A stretch of 64,000 nt of DNA from Candidatus Spongiihabitans thiooxidans (GTDB lineage Bacteria > Pseudomonadota > Gammaproteobacteria > Arenicellales > Poriferihabitantaceae): NCBI GenBank assembly GCA_001543005.1, contig LFLB01000003.1:78062-142061 (forward strand), read 5' to 3'. Made by a program: the position numbers and the translations under genes. The notes below the pieces were generated by a model. That model saw only the letters and a program-made list of their open reading frames with translations. It was not told where the DNA came from and did not search any database. Positions 1 through 9,036 of the stretch are shown in pieces. Numbering within the stretch: position 1 is the first letter of the stretch; the number at the start of each line of letters is the position of its first letter.

Positions 1-506
1 TTGAAAATATCGTCGCCGCCCAGGCCGACGAAAGTAGCGAATGCCAACATCATCAGCGCAAACTCTTCGGGCGCACCAAAAACCAGGGCAATGTGCGCCA
101 GTGGCGGTGCAAAAAAAGTAAACAGGACAATTGAAATTGTACCGCCGACAAAAGAAGCCACTGCGGCGGCGGTCAGGGCCTTGTCCGCCAGACCTTGCTT
201 CGCCAGTGGACGACCATCAAAAGTTGTGGCAACGGCAGTCGATGCGCCGGGGATGCCGAGCATAATAGAGGAGATAGCGCCGCCGTACATGGCGCCATAA
301 TATATCGCCGCAAGAAAAATAATTGCGCCGGTGGGCGGCACCAGAAATGTCAGCGGCAACAAAATAGCCACACCATTTACTGAACCCAGGCCCGGCATCG
401 CGCCAATAAACAGCCCTAGCGCACAACCGGCAATGATTAACATCAAATTCTGCGGCTCAAATACGACCGCGAAACCGCTACCGAGAAGTCCCAGGATTTC
501 AACCAT
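1..506 (-). CDS. tctA: Tripartite tricarboxylate transporter large permease TctA (N-terminal part; runs off the window)
   Basis: Minus-strand reading from ATG at 506 gives MVEILGLLGSGF...GLFIGAMPGLGSVNGVAILLPLTF...YYGAMYGGAISSIMLGIPG, the TctA signature. Missing from the ORF track because it is open at the edge. Confidence 0.92.
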   Translation of the reverse strand, partial: MVEILGLLGSGFAVVFEPQNLMLIIAGCALGLFIGAMPGLGSVNGVAILLPLTFLVPPTGAIIFLAAIYYGAMYGGAISSIMLGIPGASTAVATTFDGRPLAKQGLADKALTAAAVASFVGGTISIVLFTFFAPPLAHIALVFGAPEEFALMMLAFATFVGLGGDDIF

Positions 507-555
507 ATTCTTATTTTTTAAAGCTGAAGGGTTTTACCTGATTAAAAAAACCTGA

Positions 556-1059
556 TCAAAAAAACATCTTGTATAGCGGTATGAACAAGGGCTCGGTAAT
601 GCCTTTGGGAAGAATTATTTTTAGTGTTATTTCGAAAAAATAAAATATGACTACCGGAATGGCGATAACCAGGGTTATGGTCAATCGCCAAGTGTGTTTG
701 CCGAGAAATCTTATATAGAAAATAAGGAACAGGGGTAAGGCGCCATAGATACCGATAACCGAAAACAAGCCAACAGTCACAATCAATGCCACCGTGACGG
801 CGGTGACATCAGCCAATACATGCGGCTCTATGTAAAACTTTTCAGATGTTGCAATCCGACCGTGCCTGCGAAACCAGTTGTAGCCGATTCCCAGGCAGGA
901 GAACAGCATGACGGCGGACAGCCAGAATGGCCAAGCACCCCCGCCCGGGCCTTCGCGTTCTATCCAGCCGATCGGCAACTCGGCGCTTTTGACCATAAGA
1001 TAGATGGAGAAGGCACCCATCATTATTGCCATTAACAATTCAGCAGTACGAACCGTCAT
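556..1059 (-). CDS. tctB: TctB small membrane subunit
   Basis: 167 aa, several hydrophobic segments, GPGGGAWP motif and C-terminal LPKG; lies between tctC and tctA. Confidence 0.88.
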   Translation of the reverse strand: MTVRTAELLMAIMMGAFSIYLMVKSAELPIGWIEREGPGGGAWPFWLSAVMLFSCLGIGYNWFRRHGRIATSEKFYIEPHVLADVTAVTVALIVTVGLFSVIGIYGALPLFLIFYIRFLGKHTWRLTITLVIAIPVVIFYFFEITLKIILPKGITEPLFIPLYKMFF

Positions 1060-1118
1060 GATTAGGCGCCCCCCTATCTACACTTGTTATTTATGCACCA
1101 GAGAGCCTGAATTTCACC

Positions 1119-2114
1119 TTAGTTAATCGCACCCATTTTTATGAGCATTTCACGATGTATATCACGCTCTTCTTTCCAGTAACTCATCAACGCATCACCG
1201 GTCAATAGATCGCCTTGCAGACTTTTCTTGGTGCGATATTCCTGCCATTTATCAGAGTTGAATACGCGCGTGAAAAGATCGGTGTAGTAAGCGGCCGCTT
1301 CCGTGCTCATGCCCGGCGCGCCAACCACGGTACGTTGCATGAAATAGACAAAATCCTTGCCAAGTTCCTTAAAGGTAGGCGCATCAGGGAAAAGCGGCAA
1401 CCGTATTGGCGTGAATGCCGCCAGTGCTTTAGTCGTGCCCGCTTCGTAGAATCCTAACTGCTCCGAAGGGTTGTTCACCGTTGAATCAGCATTCTTGCCG
1501 GCCAGCTCTTTGGCAACCTTGCCACCACCTTTATAAGGGACATATTTCATATCGAGGTCATAAGCGGAGTTAAGAAAATCGGTTAACAGGTTGTCTTCCG
1601 AATTCTTGCCGGTTCCGGCCATAATCCACTGGTTGCCTTTGGCTTTAGCCGCTTTAACAAAATCGGCGACATTGTTGATATCCTTACGATCGGTATGAAC
1701 CCAGAGCAGAAAAGTGTCCTCGGCCATGCGAGCAATCGGTGTAAAAGTAGTGATATCAACGCCAAGCTTAGGCTGTCGCAAGGGAGTGGTGTAAAAACTA
1801 TTCAGGGTGAACATGATAGTGTGGTTATCCCCTTTTTTGTCATTCATGTGTACCAGCGCTTCCGCGCCTGAACCACCTGGCTTATTAATCGGCGTGAAAG
1901 GCACCGGGGCCATATTATCTGACGCAATAATACTCTGCATCAATCTAACCGCCTTGTCCGCACCACCGCCCTTGCCTGCCATTACAACAAATTCAACTGG
2001 TTTTTGCGGTTCCCAGGCCGCGGCTGATTGGGAGTATGCGGTTACGATTACCGTCATCGCCAATGCGACAGAAAACATAAGTGCTTTAGTACATCTTGTC
2101 GTAAATTTTATCAT
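1119..2114 (-). CDS. tctC: TctC/Bug family substrate-binding protein
   Basis: Signal peptide, then WEPQKPVEFVVMAGKGGGAD, NKPGGSG and YVPYKGGG motifs. ATG at 2114 follows a GGAG RBS. Confidence 0.92.
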   Translation of the reverse strand: MIKFTTRCTKALMFSVALAMTVIVTAYSQSAAAWEPQKPVEFVVMAGKGGGADKAVRLMQSIIASDNMAPVPFTPINKPGGSGAEALVHMNDKKGDNHTIMFTLNSFYTTPLRQPKLGVDITTFTPIARMAEDTFLLWVHTDRKDINNVADFVKAAKAKGNQWIMAGTGKNSEDNLLTDFLNSAYDLDMKYVPYKGGGKVAKELAGKNADSTVNNPSEQLGFYEAGTTKALAAFTPIRLPLFPDAPTFKELGKDFVYFMQRTVVGAPGMSTEAAAYYTDLFTRVFNSDKWQEYRTKKSLQGDLLTGDALMSYWKEERDIHREMLIKMGAIN

Positions 2115-2202
2115 TTCATTCTCCAAAAGCTTGGTGTCCCGAACGCTACCGGGATACTATCCCCAGTAGCGATAATGCGACACGCTTTTTAACAAATATA
2201 CC

Positions 2203-2217
2203 GGTATCTGGCATACC
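2203..2217. promoter_or_regulatory. Imperfect palindrome GGTATCTGGCATACC upstream of tctC, possible GntR/FadR-family operator
   Basis: GGTAT-N5-ATACC inverted repeat in the tctC upstream region; the regulator family is inferred. Confidence 0.3.
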
Positions 2218-2369
2218 ACCAGTTATTAGAATACTCCTGTTATCTGACAAAGTATAGTTATTCGCAAGGCCAGTGCGAATATAAACTTGAATACAGATAA
2301 CTGCTATTTGTCTTCCTGCTACAATGTTTAATGCCGTGTTTTTGTCACGGGTACAATTATCAGCAGGCT

Positions 2370-3251
2370 CTATCGCAAAACTCGGCTCATGGTCAAGCCA
2401 ATACTGACCGGGGAATCGGCAATGCTAACACCGGCCTCTGACAATCTCTCCATTTTCTCCTGTGCGCTGCCGTAGCCATGCTCAATGATGGCGCTGGCGT
2501 GCCCCATGCGCCGTTCCGCGGGAGCATATTGACCCGCGATATAAGCGACCACCGGTTTCGGATAATCACAGTTCTGTAAGTACTCCGCCACCTGCTCTTC
2601 TTCCGAGCCACCAATCTCGCCAATCAACACCACCGCCTCGGTTTGCGGATCATCCCTGAACAATTCAAGGCAGTCGACAAAATTGACTCCGTGTACCGGG
2701 TCACCGCCAATGCCAATACACGTGGACTGCCCGAGCCCATTATCCGTTGTTTGCGACACCGCTTCGTAAGTTAGCGTGCTCGACCGAGAAATGATGCCGA
2801 TGCTGCCAGGCCGGAATATTTCCGCAGGCATAATACCAATGCGGCATGCCTCGGGAGTGATGATTCCCGGGCTATTCGGCCCGATCAATCGCGACTTGCC
2901 CGACTTATCCTGCGTCAGCGCACTGATCACATTCACCATATCGAGTACCGGAATATGCTCGGTGATACAGACTATCAAGGGTATTTCGGCCTCAATGGCC
3001 TCAAGCATCGCGCTTGCAGCACTTTCCTTGGGGACGAAGATCACCGTGGTATCCGCGCCGGTTTCCAACATTGCCTCGCTAACGCTATTGAAAACTGGCA
3101 ACCCAAGATGCTGGATACCGCCCTTACCCGGTCTAACCCCGCCCACCATTTGTGTGCCTGAGGTCATTGCGCGCTCTACATAAAAAGTTGCCTGGCGGCC
3201 GGTAATCCCCTGACAAATAACTTTATTGGACTTGTTTACCAGAATCGACAT
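2370..3251 (-). CDS. sucD: Succinyl-CoA synthetase-like ligase, alpha subunit
   Basis: [26 protein letters not shown] and the phospho-His loop RRMGHASA. Confidence 0.85.
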   Translation of the reverse strand: MSILVNKSNKVICQGITGRQATFYVERAMTSGTQMVGGVRPGKGGIQHLGLPVFNSVSEAMLETGADTTVIFVPKESAASAMLEAIEAEIPLIVCITEHIPVLDMVNVISALTQDKSGKSRLIGPNSPGIITPEACRIGIMPAEIFRPGSIGIISRSSTLTYEAVSQTTDNGLGQSTCIGIGGDPVHGVNFVDCLELFRDDPQTEAVVLIGEIGGSEEEQVAEYLQNCDYPKPVVAYIAGQYAPAERRMGHASAIIEHGYGSAQEKMERLSEAGVSIADSPVSIGLTMSRVLR

Positions 3252-3264
3252 AATTCAGGTCGGC

Positions 3265-4572
3265 CTATTTTTTGTGTTCATGTTTTTTGTGCCTCATTAC
3301 CTGGCCACCAACGAAGCGCTTAAATCCGCTCTTCCATGGAAATAGTTGCCATGGCGATTGCCCGGTCTCCGAGCGGTCGCTTTTTATCGAGTTGGCGAGC
3401 GCCACTGCCTGATCCGCCGCTTCAGCCATATTGCGTGCAAGAATGATATTGGGCATGGATTCACGCAGGCGCCGGATCGCCAGTGCCGCGTTGGTGCCGG
3501 CCAGTCGCACGATTAGGGGAACGGTGATCGGCGACGACTGGTTGACCAGCAGTATTGCATCGGCAATGGTGTCGCATCGCATAATGCCGCCGCCAAAAAC
3601 ATTGATGATGACACTTTTAACCCGGTCGTTGGAAAGCACCAGCTCGATGGCGCTGCGGCCGCGGCTGACCTTGGAATCCGGTGGCAAGTCGAGAAAGTTA
3701 GCCGGCTCGCCGCCCAGGTATTTAATCGCGTCGATGGTGGCCATGGATAATCCGGCGCCAACCGCCAGACAGCCAATATTGCCATCAAGTTTGAAATAGT
3801 TAAATCCGTCACGGCTGGCTTGCAAACGACCGTCGAGACGATAATTGTCCTGCTCCAGGTATTGATTGTCCTGCTGCCTGAACATGGCGTTTTCATCCAT
3901 CGCGATTTTTGCGTCCAGCGCGACTAGGTCATCGCCAACCACTGCCAATGGATTGATTTCAACCAGGCTGGCATCGCGTTCGACAAACAACTTGTACATA
4001 TTGTTTACCACTTGCTTTGCTTTTTCTGCCAATGCTCCTTCAAGACCCAGATTTTTCACTAAAGATTCAAGCTGAGGCGGCTGCGCACCCTGTGGCTGAT
4101 CAATTTCCAGGGTATGAACAGAGTCCGGATGCTGGGCGGCAACGGATTCAATATTAGTTCCGCCTTTGTCCGAATACAGCAACACCACCTTTTTAACTTT
4201 TGAATCGACCAGCATTGCCATTGATAACTCTTTGTCGGACACCAATGCCTGCTCGATATAGACACGATCTACGCTGGCACCTTCCGTTCCAGTCTGCCGG
4301 GTAATCAGTTTGTTGCCCAGCATATCATTGGTGAATCGACGAATACTGGTTATGCTATCCGTTTTGTGCACACCACTGGTCAGTTGGTTGCCTTCGATAC
4401 GCCCTTCGCCTCGACCGCCTGAACGGATTTGCGCCTTGACCATCCATTGCTCACCGCCGAGTCGGTTGCCGACCTCTTCAGATTGTTCCGGTGTTATCGC
4501 AATTTCACCTTTAGGAATCGCAATACCATAACCCGCGAGCAACCGCTTTCCCTGATACTCATACAAGTTCAT
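3265..4572 (-). CDS. sucC: Succinyl-CoA synthetase-like ligase, beta subunit (divergent paralog)
   Basis: MNLYEYQGK, KAQIRSGGRG, EINPL, DAK, GAGLSMAT, PANFLD, NVFGGGIMRCD. Several canonical residues are altered. Confidence 0.8.
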   Translation of the reverse strand: MNLYEYQGKRLLAGYGIAIPKGEIAITPEQSEEVGNRLGGEQWMVKAQIRSGGRGEGRIEGNQLTSGVHKTDSITSIRRFTNDMLGNKLITRQTGTEGASVDRVYIEQALVSDKELSMAMLVDSKVKKVVLLYSDKGGTNIESVAAQHPDSVHTLEIDQPQGAQPPQLESLVKNLGLEGALAEKAKQVVNNMYKLFVERDASLVEINPLAVVGDDLVALDAKIAMDENAMFRQQDNQYLEQDNYRLDGRLQASRDGFNYFKLDGNIGCLAVGAGLSMATIDAIKYLGGEPANFLDLPPDSKVSRGRSAIELVLSNDRVKSVIINVFGGGIMRCDTIADAILLVNQSSPITVPLIVRLAGTNAALAIRRLRESMPNIILARNMAEAADQAVALANSIKSDRSETGQSPWQLFPWKSGFKRFVGGQVMRHKKHEHKK

Positions 4573-4659
4573 CGTTTTCTCTGGTCAGATTACTGATTAT
4601 ATTGATTAGTGTGATTGATAATCATATTATACAGCCAACACAATACATGGCAATCCATT
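4531..4659 (-). repeat. Copy 1 of a ~130-bp duplicated segment (sucC upstream region plus first 14 codons)
   Basis: Aligns by eye with 5583-5727 (acccgcgagcaaccgcttt...ttatacagccaacacaatacatg...aatccatt). Confidence 0.85.
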
Positions 4660-4666
4660 CGTTGTG

Positions 4667-4709
4667 CCGCCGGACGCACTTGAGGGCGATCAAGCAGTGC
4701 GACCGGCGG
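4667..4709. other. GC-rich bulged hairpin just downstream of the dioxygenase gene (possible terminator or insertion scar)
   Basis: ccgccgg-a-cgcacttga ... tcaagcagtgcg-a-ccggcgg inverted repeat. Confidence 0.5.
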
Positions 4710-4721
4710 GAGCTCTACGGA

Positions 4722-5624
4722 TTAGGCCAACTCGAAACGGAATTCCGGATAGAGCGCGCTACCAATTCGGTCGCCGGGCTTTAGTCCCAGTTCCGTCATT
4801 ATCTGCGAATGATCGGGGTCCATGCCCTCTTTTCGAAAGCAAATACGCACATCGTCTCCCAGCCACCGGGTGCTGAATACTTTAAGATCCCGGTCATGGG
4901 AAAGATTACCGGAGCCGCCGTGAATCACTCGACCATTGAATATCGCACAGTCGCCCGGCAGCATATCCCAGCTCAATATCTGGTACTTGTCCCGGTCGCC
5001 CTCAATATCCGGGAACAGTTCGTATTGGTCGTCGGGGGAGTCGATCCGCTGATCTCGTTCGTCCTCGGTGAGCGCGCCGAAGTTGATCTGCCGAAAGCGC
5101 CGGTTCCAGCGGTGAGACCCGCGCACAAACTCCAGCGCACTCTTCTTTTCGACCGGGACAAGCGGCATCCAGATGGAGCAGGTATCGAAACCTTCCACAG
5201 ACCAGTACGGCTCGTCCTGATGAAACGGCGTACGAAATTGCGCGCCGGGAGTACGAACGAAAACCGCATCGAAAAAGAAATTGACTCGCTTGACATTCAT
5301 CAGCCGCGCCGCGATTTGGGCGCACGGTGATTGTTCGACGAATTTGCGGTATTCGGCGATTCTCTGCCATACTTGGCTGTCGTAAAAACAGACACGCCCG
5401 TTGTCATCACGGTCCCAGATGCGCCCCCGCGCGGTAGGTTCGGCAATGTTTTTTTCGATGCCTATACGTAATTTCTCGATCCAGGCTGGCGCAATTGCCT
5501 GCCGCAACAGCACTACGCCATGTTCGGCAAAGTCCCGCACCACCTGCGGCGTGATGCGTTCAAAAATATCGTTTGTCGGCAAACCCGCAAGCAACCGCTT
5601 TTCCTGATGTTTATACAAATTCAT
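4722..5624 (-). CDS. PhyH-family Fe(II)/2-oxoglutarate dioxygenase
   Basis: TPFHQD (HxD), CSIWMPL, LEFVRGSH, PGDCAIF and distal His in VIHG. Confidence 0.88.
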   Translation of the reverse strand: MNLYKHQEKRLLAGLPTNDIFERITPQVVRDFAEHGVVLLRQAIAPAWIEKLRIGIEKNIAEPTARGRIWDRDDNGRVCFYDSQVWQRIAEYRKFVEQSPCAQIAARLMNVKRVNFFFDAVFVRTPGAQFRTPFHQDEPYWSVEGFDTCSIWMPLVPVEKKSALEFVRGSHRWNRRFRQINFGALTEDERDQRIDSPDDQYELFPDIEGDRDKYQILSWDMLPGDCAIFNGRVIHGGSGNLSHDRDLKVFSTRWLGDDVRICFRKEGMDPDHSQIMTELGLKPGDRIGSALYPEFRFELA

Positions 5625-5727
5625 AGTTTTCTCCGGTCGGATTTCTGATCAATTGATGGGTGTGATTGATAACTCTATTATTATACCACCAACATTATAC
5701 AGCCAACACAATACATGATAATCCATT
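5583..5727 (-). repeat. Copy 2 of the sucC promoter/N-terminus duplication; forms the 5' end of the dioxygenase gene
   Basis: MNLYKHQEKRLLAG versus SucC MNLYEYQGKRLLAG, with matching upstream non-coding DNA. Confidence 0.85.
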
Positions 5728-5790
5728 AGCAGCGATAGTGACCAAGCGGGATAGGGCTGAAGCCATGGCAAACAAATTTTATTTCAACTC

Positions 5791-5877
5791 CTAATGAGCC
5801 AACCCATCCAGATCATACAAGCGATTGCCAACGGCGATATCCGGTACGGTTTCGATATCGAATACGAGGACGTTCAT
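5791..5877 (-). pseudogene. N-terminal fragment of a DnaQ/PolB-like 3'-5' exonuclease
   Basis: MNVLVFDIETVPD (ExoI motif), followed by a stop after 28 aa. Confidence 0.7.
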
Positions 5878-5884
5878 AGGGTTA

Positions 5885-6748
5885 TTACTTTTCTTTTTCA
5901 GTAAGCATGCAATTGATGATTCGGATATATCGGTCGGCGAGGGGGACGAGTTCCTTATACGCCATATCAAAAACCTCTTGCAACTGCTGAAAATTATCTC
6001 GCTCCCGCAAAGGGGCATAATTATTTTTGTGCATATGTTCTTTGATTCTCTCCAGCCGGTCGGTCTCGCCGAACAAGAATTCTCGATAATCGTTTCCTGC
6101 TTTCCTACTGTTACAGTCTCGACAAGCAGAAACGAGATTTCCGAGTTTATGTTCGCCCAAATATTCTCTGTTTATCGGAATAGCATGGTCAATCACCAAC
6201 TCCCCTTTCGCACCACAATAGGCACACGCACCGCCAAAAAAAATTATAGCTCGTTGCCAATCTTTTTCCGAAAAAGATTCATCCTCCAACCTACCAAGTA
6301 TATATCGTATAAAACCGTTTTGAGAATTGCCTATTGCGTGAGCGCGGTAGCGTCTGCTCAATGAAGATTGTCTCGCGAGAGCAGCGTCTCGCTTTTGTTC
6401 GATTTGCACCGCGCTTTCCGCGTTTGATGCTTGCATTGAATGCAGTAAATTTGCAGCATCTGCTTTGCTGATAATTTTCTTATCAACAAGGTAATTTACA
6501 AATTCGAATTGGTTGTAGGCAAACCATTGGCTTGTTACCCGAACTGTTTTCCCACATACATGATACTCGTTACTCCAAAATCTTAGCGTCTCACGAATCG
6601 AATCCACCTCCATACAAAAAGGGAAATTAACGCCAAACTTCTCTTTGGAGTATTTTTTATCCATCAGGTTTGGCAATTCACCGGGGGCTTTTTCGCACAT
6701 AGCGAAAATACCCGGAATATGACTTTTCACCAACTTACCGATTTTCAT
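5885..6748 (-). CDS. HNH endonuclease with an uncharacterised N-terminal region
   Basis: CAYCG...IDHAIPI...GEHKLGNLVSACRDCNSRK (CxxC-HNH-CxxC); TGATG overlap with the upstream gene. Confidence 0.85.
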   Translation of the reverse strand: MKIGKLVKSHIPGIFAMCEKAPGELPNLMDKKYSKEKFGVNFPFCMEVDSIRETLRFWSNEYHVCGKTVRVTSQWFAYNQFEFVNYLVDKKIISKADAANLLHSMQASNAESAVQIEQKRDAALARQSSLSRRYRAHAIGNSQNGFIRYILGRLEDESFSEKDWQRAIIFFGGACAYCGAKGELVIDHAIPINREYLGEHKLGNLVSACRDCNSRKAGNDYREFLFGETDRLERIKEHMHKNNYAPLRERDNFQQLQEVFDMAYKELVPLADRYIRIINCMLTEKEK

Positions 6749-7764
6749 CACACCGCTAACACAATTTTACCAAAATGGCTGCTGGTCTCCATAGCATGAT
6801 GGGCATCGGCGGCTTTTGCCAACGGATAGATTTCGGATATCAATGGCGCAATTTTGCCGCTCGCCATTAGTGGCAATACCGTTTTGGTAAACGCCGCAAT
6901 GATGGCGGCTTTTTCAGGTAGCGGACGGGGGCGCAAAACCGAGCCGATGATGCTTTGCCGCTTGACCATCGCCAATGCCAGGTTGAGTTCGGCGACGCTC
7001 CCGCCCATCACCCCGATCAGCATCAGCGTGCCGCCGACCGCAAGACATTGCATGTTTGGCTTCAGGTAAGCTGCGCCAATATGATCGAGAATCACATCCA
7101 CGCCGCGCTGGTCAGTAATTTCCTTGACTTTATCCGCGAATGATTCGTTCTGATAATCGATCACGTAATCGGCGCCGAGTTGCTTGACGCGCGCGACTTT
7201 TCCACTGGAGGCAGTCACGATGATATTAGTATCCGGCGCCAACTGTTTGCATAGCTGGATGGCGGCGGTATTGACCCCGCCGCCGCCGCCGTGAAGCAAT
7301 ACGGATTGATTGGCCGGCGGGCCGGTTGACTGGCCAACCGATTGATCTCGCCCCAACCCGGCAATCATAAAAAGATTCAGGTACGCGGTCAGGTAGGTTT
7401 CACAAACGCAGGCGGCCTGGTTGAAATCCATGTTCTCGGGAATAGCCATAGCATGATCGGCATAGGCAACGGCATATTCGGCGTATCCGCCGCCGCCGAT
7501 GAGCGCCATCACCCGCTCGCCAATTTTCCACTGCGTCACATGCGCGCCGAGCACCGCCACGGTGCCAGCCACTTCCAGGCCGAGAATTTCAGATTCGCCT
7601 TTGGGCGGGGCATAGTTTCCCTGGCGTTGGATTACATCGGGCCGGTTAACCGAGGTCGCCGCCACTTTGATTAAGATTTGTCCGTCGCCGACAAGCGGGC
7701 GTTCGGCATCGCCGAAAACCATCATTTCCGCGCCGCCAAAGCCATTCAGCAGGATCGCTTTCAT
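6748..7764 (-). CDS. NAD(P)H:quinone oxidoreductase, PIG3/zeta-crystallin family
   Basis: VNRPDVIQRQGNY, LGLEVAG, GGGYAEYA, HGGGGGV, HFGKIVL. Confidence 0.92.
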   Translation of the reverse strand: MKAILLNGFGGAEMMVFGDAERPLVGDGQILIKVAATSVNRPDVIQRQGNYAPPKGESEILGLEVAGTVAVLGAHVTQWKIGERVMALIGGGGYAEYAVAYADHAMAIPENMDFNQAACVCETYLTAYLNLFMIAGLGRDQSVGQSTGPPANQSVLLHGGGGGVNTAAIQLCKQLAPDTNIIVTASSGKVARVKQLGADYVIDYQNESFADKVKEITDQRGVDVILDHIGAAYLKPNMQCLAVGGTLMLIGVMGGSVAELNLALAMVKRQSIIGSVLRPRPLPEKAAIIAAFTKTVLPLMASGKIAPLISEIYPLAKAADAHHAMETSSHFGKIVLAV

Positions 7765-7804
7765 GTTCGTTCAGCCGGGGAATTGCGATACAGATCGGGG
7801 CACC

Positions 7805-7956
7805 TGAACCAGTTAACACTGACCAGTGTTACCGTGCAACGAGCTATCGTTCCAGCAACAAAATGTTCGACCAATCGAACTTGTTTGGCCTTGCTTAATC
7901 TACTCTTTCTCATACGACCACAATAGCATTTGGATGGTGTTATCTGATGCGGCCTT
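7805..7956 (-). mobile_element. IS1595-family (IS1016-like) transposase remnant with probable left end
   Basis: MRKSRLSKAKQVRLVEHFVAGTIAR resembles the IS1016 transposase N-terminus; upstream minus-strand ggccgcatcagataac resembles an IS1016-type end. Confidence 0.7.
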
Positions 7957-8104
7957 AACAAAATTTGTGGATTGGTTCAATTGATCAAGGGGAGTAATTA
8001 TTAATCGTGGCTAAGTTTGAGCAATTTCTGGTTGTTGTCGATCAGGGGTATGCCCGCTAACCAACTCAATTAAAGGGCCTACTTGTTGTTGTGTAGCTCA
8101 AATG

Positions 8105-9010
8105 TTATTCGATCAAACGAACTCTCTCAGAATAATTTGGTCTATCAATCTGCAACACATTTGTAGCATGGATAGAACAGAATTTGAGTAAATTTGAAAG
8201 CAATCCTTTCACATCCTTTCGATAAGGCGCAGGGTCATCTTGTAAGTCGTTATGTAGCTTGCTGGATAGAGTGCCAAAATATAATCCATTAGACGGATCC
8301 AAATTCAACTGGTCAACTAGCCATCGAAAGCTTTTTGTTGCTCTGAATCTATCTCCCACTCCATCCTTTTCGTTTCCTAAAAAAAGTTCTACATCGTGTT
8401 TGTGCTGCTCGGCATCAAAATCTAGGGTGTCAGGTGGAAACCATGGAAAATCATAAACCCAAATGGAAGCACTTTCATTGAACATACCCTCTGGCCATCG
8501 ATTCGGCATATTTTCTTGATTTACAGGAGATTTCCCCACGAACTTTTGCATCTCCTCAAGTTTTGCAGGTGTTATTTCAATAGCTTCTTTGAACAGTCTA
8601 TCAATAAATTGTAGATTTTCTTCACTACATTCGGCTTCTGTGCTTGATTCTAAATTCCCCTCGCCATAAATTTTTAGTCCTCGTGCCGTAAAATTGGCAC
8701 TTCCAACAAAAATCAACTTTCGATCCATACAGTAAATTTTTGCGTGTAGATGTGAAAGACATTTCATCCCCCATCCATTAGACATTGATTTTGATACAGC
8801 ATCAAAACTAGAAGCGCCTGATATAAAATCCATCGGGGTTAGCCTACCAATAATTGAAACCACAGATTCAAGTGAAAGATGGAATTCCAACCACTCAATA
8901 GCAGGAGTTGTGATGTAGGCACTTGTTACAAGTAATTCCTTTGTATGCGGGAATTTCTGTTCAAGGCTTCTTCTGAGACCGCTACTAGAAAGGATTTTTC
9001 CACTTGTCAC
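8105..9010 (-). CDS. Phospholipase D (HKD) family nuclease
   Basis: SAYIT, HAKIYCMD (HxKxxxxD), FVGSANFT and GNLE motifs; last gene of the six-gene operon. Confidence 0.85.
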   Translation of the reverse strand: MTSGKILSSSGLRRSLEQKFPHTKELLVTSAYITTPAIEWLEFHLSLESVVSIIGRLTPMDFISGASSFDAVSKSMSNGWGMKCLSHLHAKIYCMDRKLIFVGSANFTARGLKIYGEGNLESSTEAECSEENLQFIDRLFKEAIEITPAKLEEMQKFVGKSPVNQENMPNRWPEGMFNESASIWVYDFPWFPPDTLDFDAEQHKHDVELFLGNEKDGVGDRFRATKSFRWLVDQLNLDPSNGLYFGTLSSKLHNDLQDDPAPYRKDVKGLLSNLLKFCSIHATNVLQIDRPNYSERVRLIE

Positions 9011-9036
9011 AACTTGGAATTCTCAAGTAATATGCC

